From Orbicella franksi (Eukaryota): a DNA stretch of 64,000 bases. Position 1 is the first letter of the stretch, and each line of letters starts with the position of its first letter. Where the stretch lies: NCBI GenBank assembly GCA_964199315.1, contig OZ116707.1, positions 5,456,001-5,520,000 of the forward strand, written 5' to 3'. The position numbers and the translations under genes were made by a program. Positions 61,630 through 64,000 of the stretch are shown piece by piece. Below the pieces are notes generated by a model that saw only the letters and a program-made list of their open reading frames with translations, did not search any database and was not told where the DNA came from.

Positions 61630-61850
61630 TACGAACTACAAAAGTCCACAACAATAGCGTTTTCAAGGAACTCACTCTACTCTTTCCACTCCAGAAATTC
61701 CACCTGTGACATCCCCTCATGCCTTCAGATTTCCAATCATAAATACCCCCCATGCCCTCAGAATTCCATAATCGTGAATGCCCCTCCCCTTTGGAAATCC
61801 TAAACGCCTTCACTGGTATAGGTATGGATATTTTCTGGAATCACCCAATT
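61630..61850. mobile_element. Probable MITE
   Basis: Non-coding block ending in GGTATAGGTATGGATATTTTCTGGAATCACCCA with internal TTCCA.. repeats; left end not resolved. Confidence 0.35.
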
Positions 61851-61995
61851 CGCCCTGTGCCCAGCCCTAAATGAAACCCTGCATGTAGTGCATAATGTAT
61901 TATGTATATATATATATATATTTTATTTATTCCTGTTTTTTAGTCGTCATTGTTTGACGACTGTGATGTTCATTGAACTTTTCTTTATTGTATCA

Positions 61996-63570
61996 GACAA
62001 AACTAACGAGTCAAAGAAAAGTGAGGCAGCAAAAGTTTATGATTCTGACAGTGGATGTGACAGTGATAAACATAAAGTTGTGAGTACATATAATACAACT
62101 ACAACTGTTAATAATAAATTTGTTTACTGTTATTTCAGTATGAATTTGTGTTTTGCTGGATAGATTTTGCCCTCAGAACTAATCTTAATTAGTCTGTAGA
62201 AAACACACAAAATATGTCTTGATCAATGAAACCAATTTTGACATTGTTATCATCCAGGCTATTGATGTGAACTTGACAGTGGACCCTTAGCTTTTCAAAC
62301 TACGCATTATGACCCTTTTATTATCGGCTAATAGTTTTAAGTTGTTTTCCTTAATAGGGTCGATCCTTGGCAACCATTTGGCTGAAAAGGTGATTTGGGC
62401 TTAAGAAAAGTTATAAAAATGATTAATGTGTCAGCTTTAAGTTTTTCAACTGGAACATCACCTGCCACCTTCCTTTCTGATTATTTATATTATCATTTAA
62501 TTAGAATAAAGTACCAGTGGCTACCCTTACTCGTTTTACTCAATCTAACTAATAAAAGAATTTAAATGAAAATGTGCTGATCAGAGTTTACATGGTGACT
62601 TTTATGCCATTTTGCTTCCATAGTTTTATCGCAAAAGTTGAATTAGAGCATGTTCCGGTGAACACTTGTTCATTAACATTAATGCTGTCCATTGTTATCG
62701 CCATCCATTGGGACGGGCGAACAATACACGGCATGCTTGAATTTAAGTCTTAACTAATTAATATTCGAATTGGTTGTGTTAGTAAGTTAGTTGTTGTTCA
62801 GCAGTCGCAGAGTACGGACTAAAAACAGTATGTTTAGTCACTGCATTTTCGTTTTGAGTTTTGTAATAGTTGAAGAATTTTGTATCGTCGAAACAGAGCA
62901 TATTTATTATAACTAAATATAATCTTTTGCTAAAGACAAAATTGTAAGTAAACTGATTAAAGGAATGATGTTTCTTATTAACAGTAACTACATTGTCTGA
63001 GAATGTTTCTTGCTCATGATAGCAAAAGAACAATAAAAATAATACTTAACTGAGCATTGATAAATGTTTTCATGCTTTAGCAAAAAACCATGTTAGAGAA
63101 ACAACGGACAAATCAGCCAGTTGCACACAAAGAAAGGGAAGCTCCAAAAAATACTGCAGAGATAGATGAACCCAGAGTCACAGTTGGTTAGTTTCTAATT
63201 AAGAATATCAATAATCTTTGTTAGTTCAGTTATATTTTATATGTATTTTAACATTCCAGCTTCTATGTATATTACTGCACCTTGTTCACTTGATTTGTCT
63301 ACATTATTGCCTGGGTGACCCAGATTACAGACTGTTACATCTTTAAGCAGGTCTCCACAGACTAAAGACACTGTAAAATAGCAAGTAAATAGCAATCATA
63401 AATTAAGATATTGATTTAATTTTTAGTCCAAAAAAAAATCACATAACTCACTGATTGTTTTCCTACAAACAGACAAAAGTGCCAGGAGAAGGCACAGAAC
63501 AAAGAACATGTCTCATCAGATAGTGAGACTGATAGAGAAAGCAATTACAAGATTGACATTCAAACAGTTT
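61996..63570 (+). other. Possible exons of a low-complexity acidic/basic protein gene
   Basis: AG/GT-bounded open segments at ~61996-62080, ~63096-63186 and ~63473-63572 (DSDSGCDSDKH; SSDSETDRESNY); no domain recognised. Confidence 0.25.
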
Positions 63571-64000
63571 AATTGTAAACTACAATGAGGGCTACATTTG
63601 TAAACTCCTGCTCATCTAGATCTATGTTCTGTGTACTTAGGCACAATAGACTGAATTTAACCAATCAATACAGGTGACTCCTGACTGATAACTCTAACCT
63701 TCAAGGGAAATTTTAAAGCATCTGGAATGAGTTATAGAGAGTTCATGTTACAGAGGGCAAAATTTGCAATATTAAATCACCTGAAAGGAGAATAAAACCA
63801 GACGCTCTAAGAGTGTTTACTCAGGCTTTATACCACAAGAGTACGGAACACAATAAAAACTTTACACTGTGTCTAGATACCCGGCTGCTGGGAAGTGTTT
63901 TTCAGAAAACTAGGACCAGATACCCAGCAGTCTGAAATTATTATAGAATTTCCACGAAATAACTCGTTAATTAGAATAGTAGATCTTTGTTTAGAAATGT

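Overview
AT-rich eukaryotic DNA with GT-AG introns, made almost entirely of nested transposons; an invertebrate such as a cnidarian is my guess (inference only). I found no rRNA, tRNA or CRISPR array. The six-frame ORF track is misleading here because most real genes are multi-exon, decayed or interrupted. Reading both strands by hand gives the following. (1) An intronless RPA70-like OB-fold ORF runs off the left edge and is missing from the track. (2) A 16-exon KDZ/Zisupton-type transposase gene (21989->5795, minus) is interrupted by a 6.9-kb Tc1-like element carrying a BEN-domain gene and by a 1-kb Penelope fragment with a 14-bp TSD and a hammerhead-like motif. (3) Head-to-head with it lies an 8-exon P-element-like transposase gene (~22239->30684, plus). 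These two unrelated transposases both end in the same papain-like domain (Q-x11-C ... [D/Y]-x-H), which resembles herpesvirus tegument deubiquitinases (peptidase C76). This is the most interesting signal in the window. (4) Two distinct 3.0 and 3.4 kb TA-flanked IS630/Tc1-type elements each pair a paired-box-like DDE transposase with a convergent PB1/zinc-finger/coiled-coil gene. (5) A RAG1/Transib-like transposase is split by a complete Kolobok element (TTAA TSD) and by an unclassified 2.85-kb element (GAGC TSD), with a convergent chromodomain pseudogene downstream. (6) The rest includes Sola-like and L1/Tx1 fragments, an apparently intact pogo element, MITEs and tandem repeats. All homology calls come from manual motif recognition; no database searches were run.
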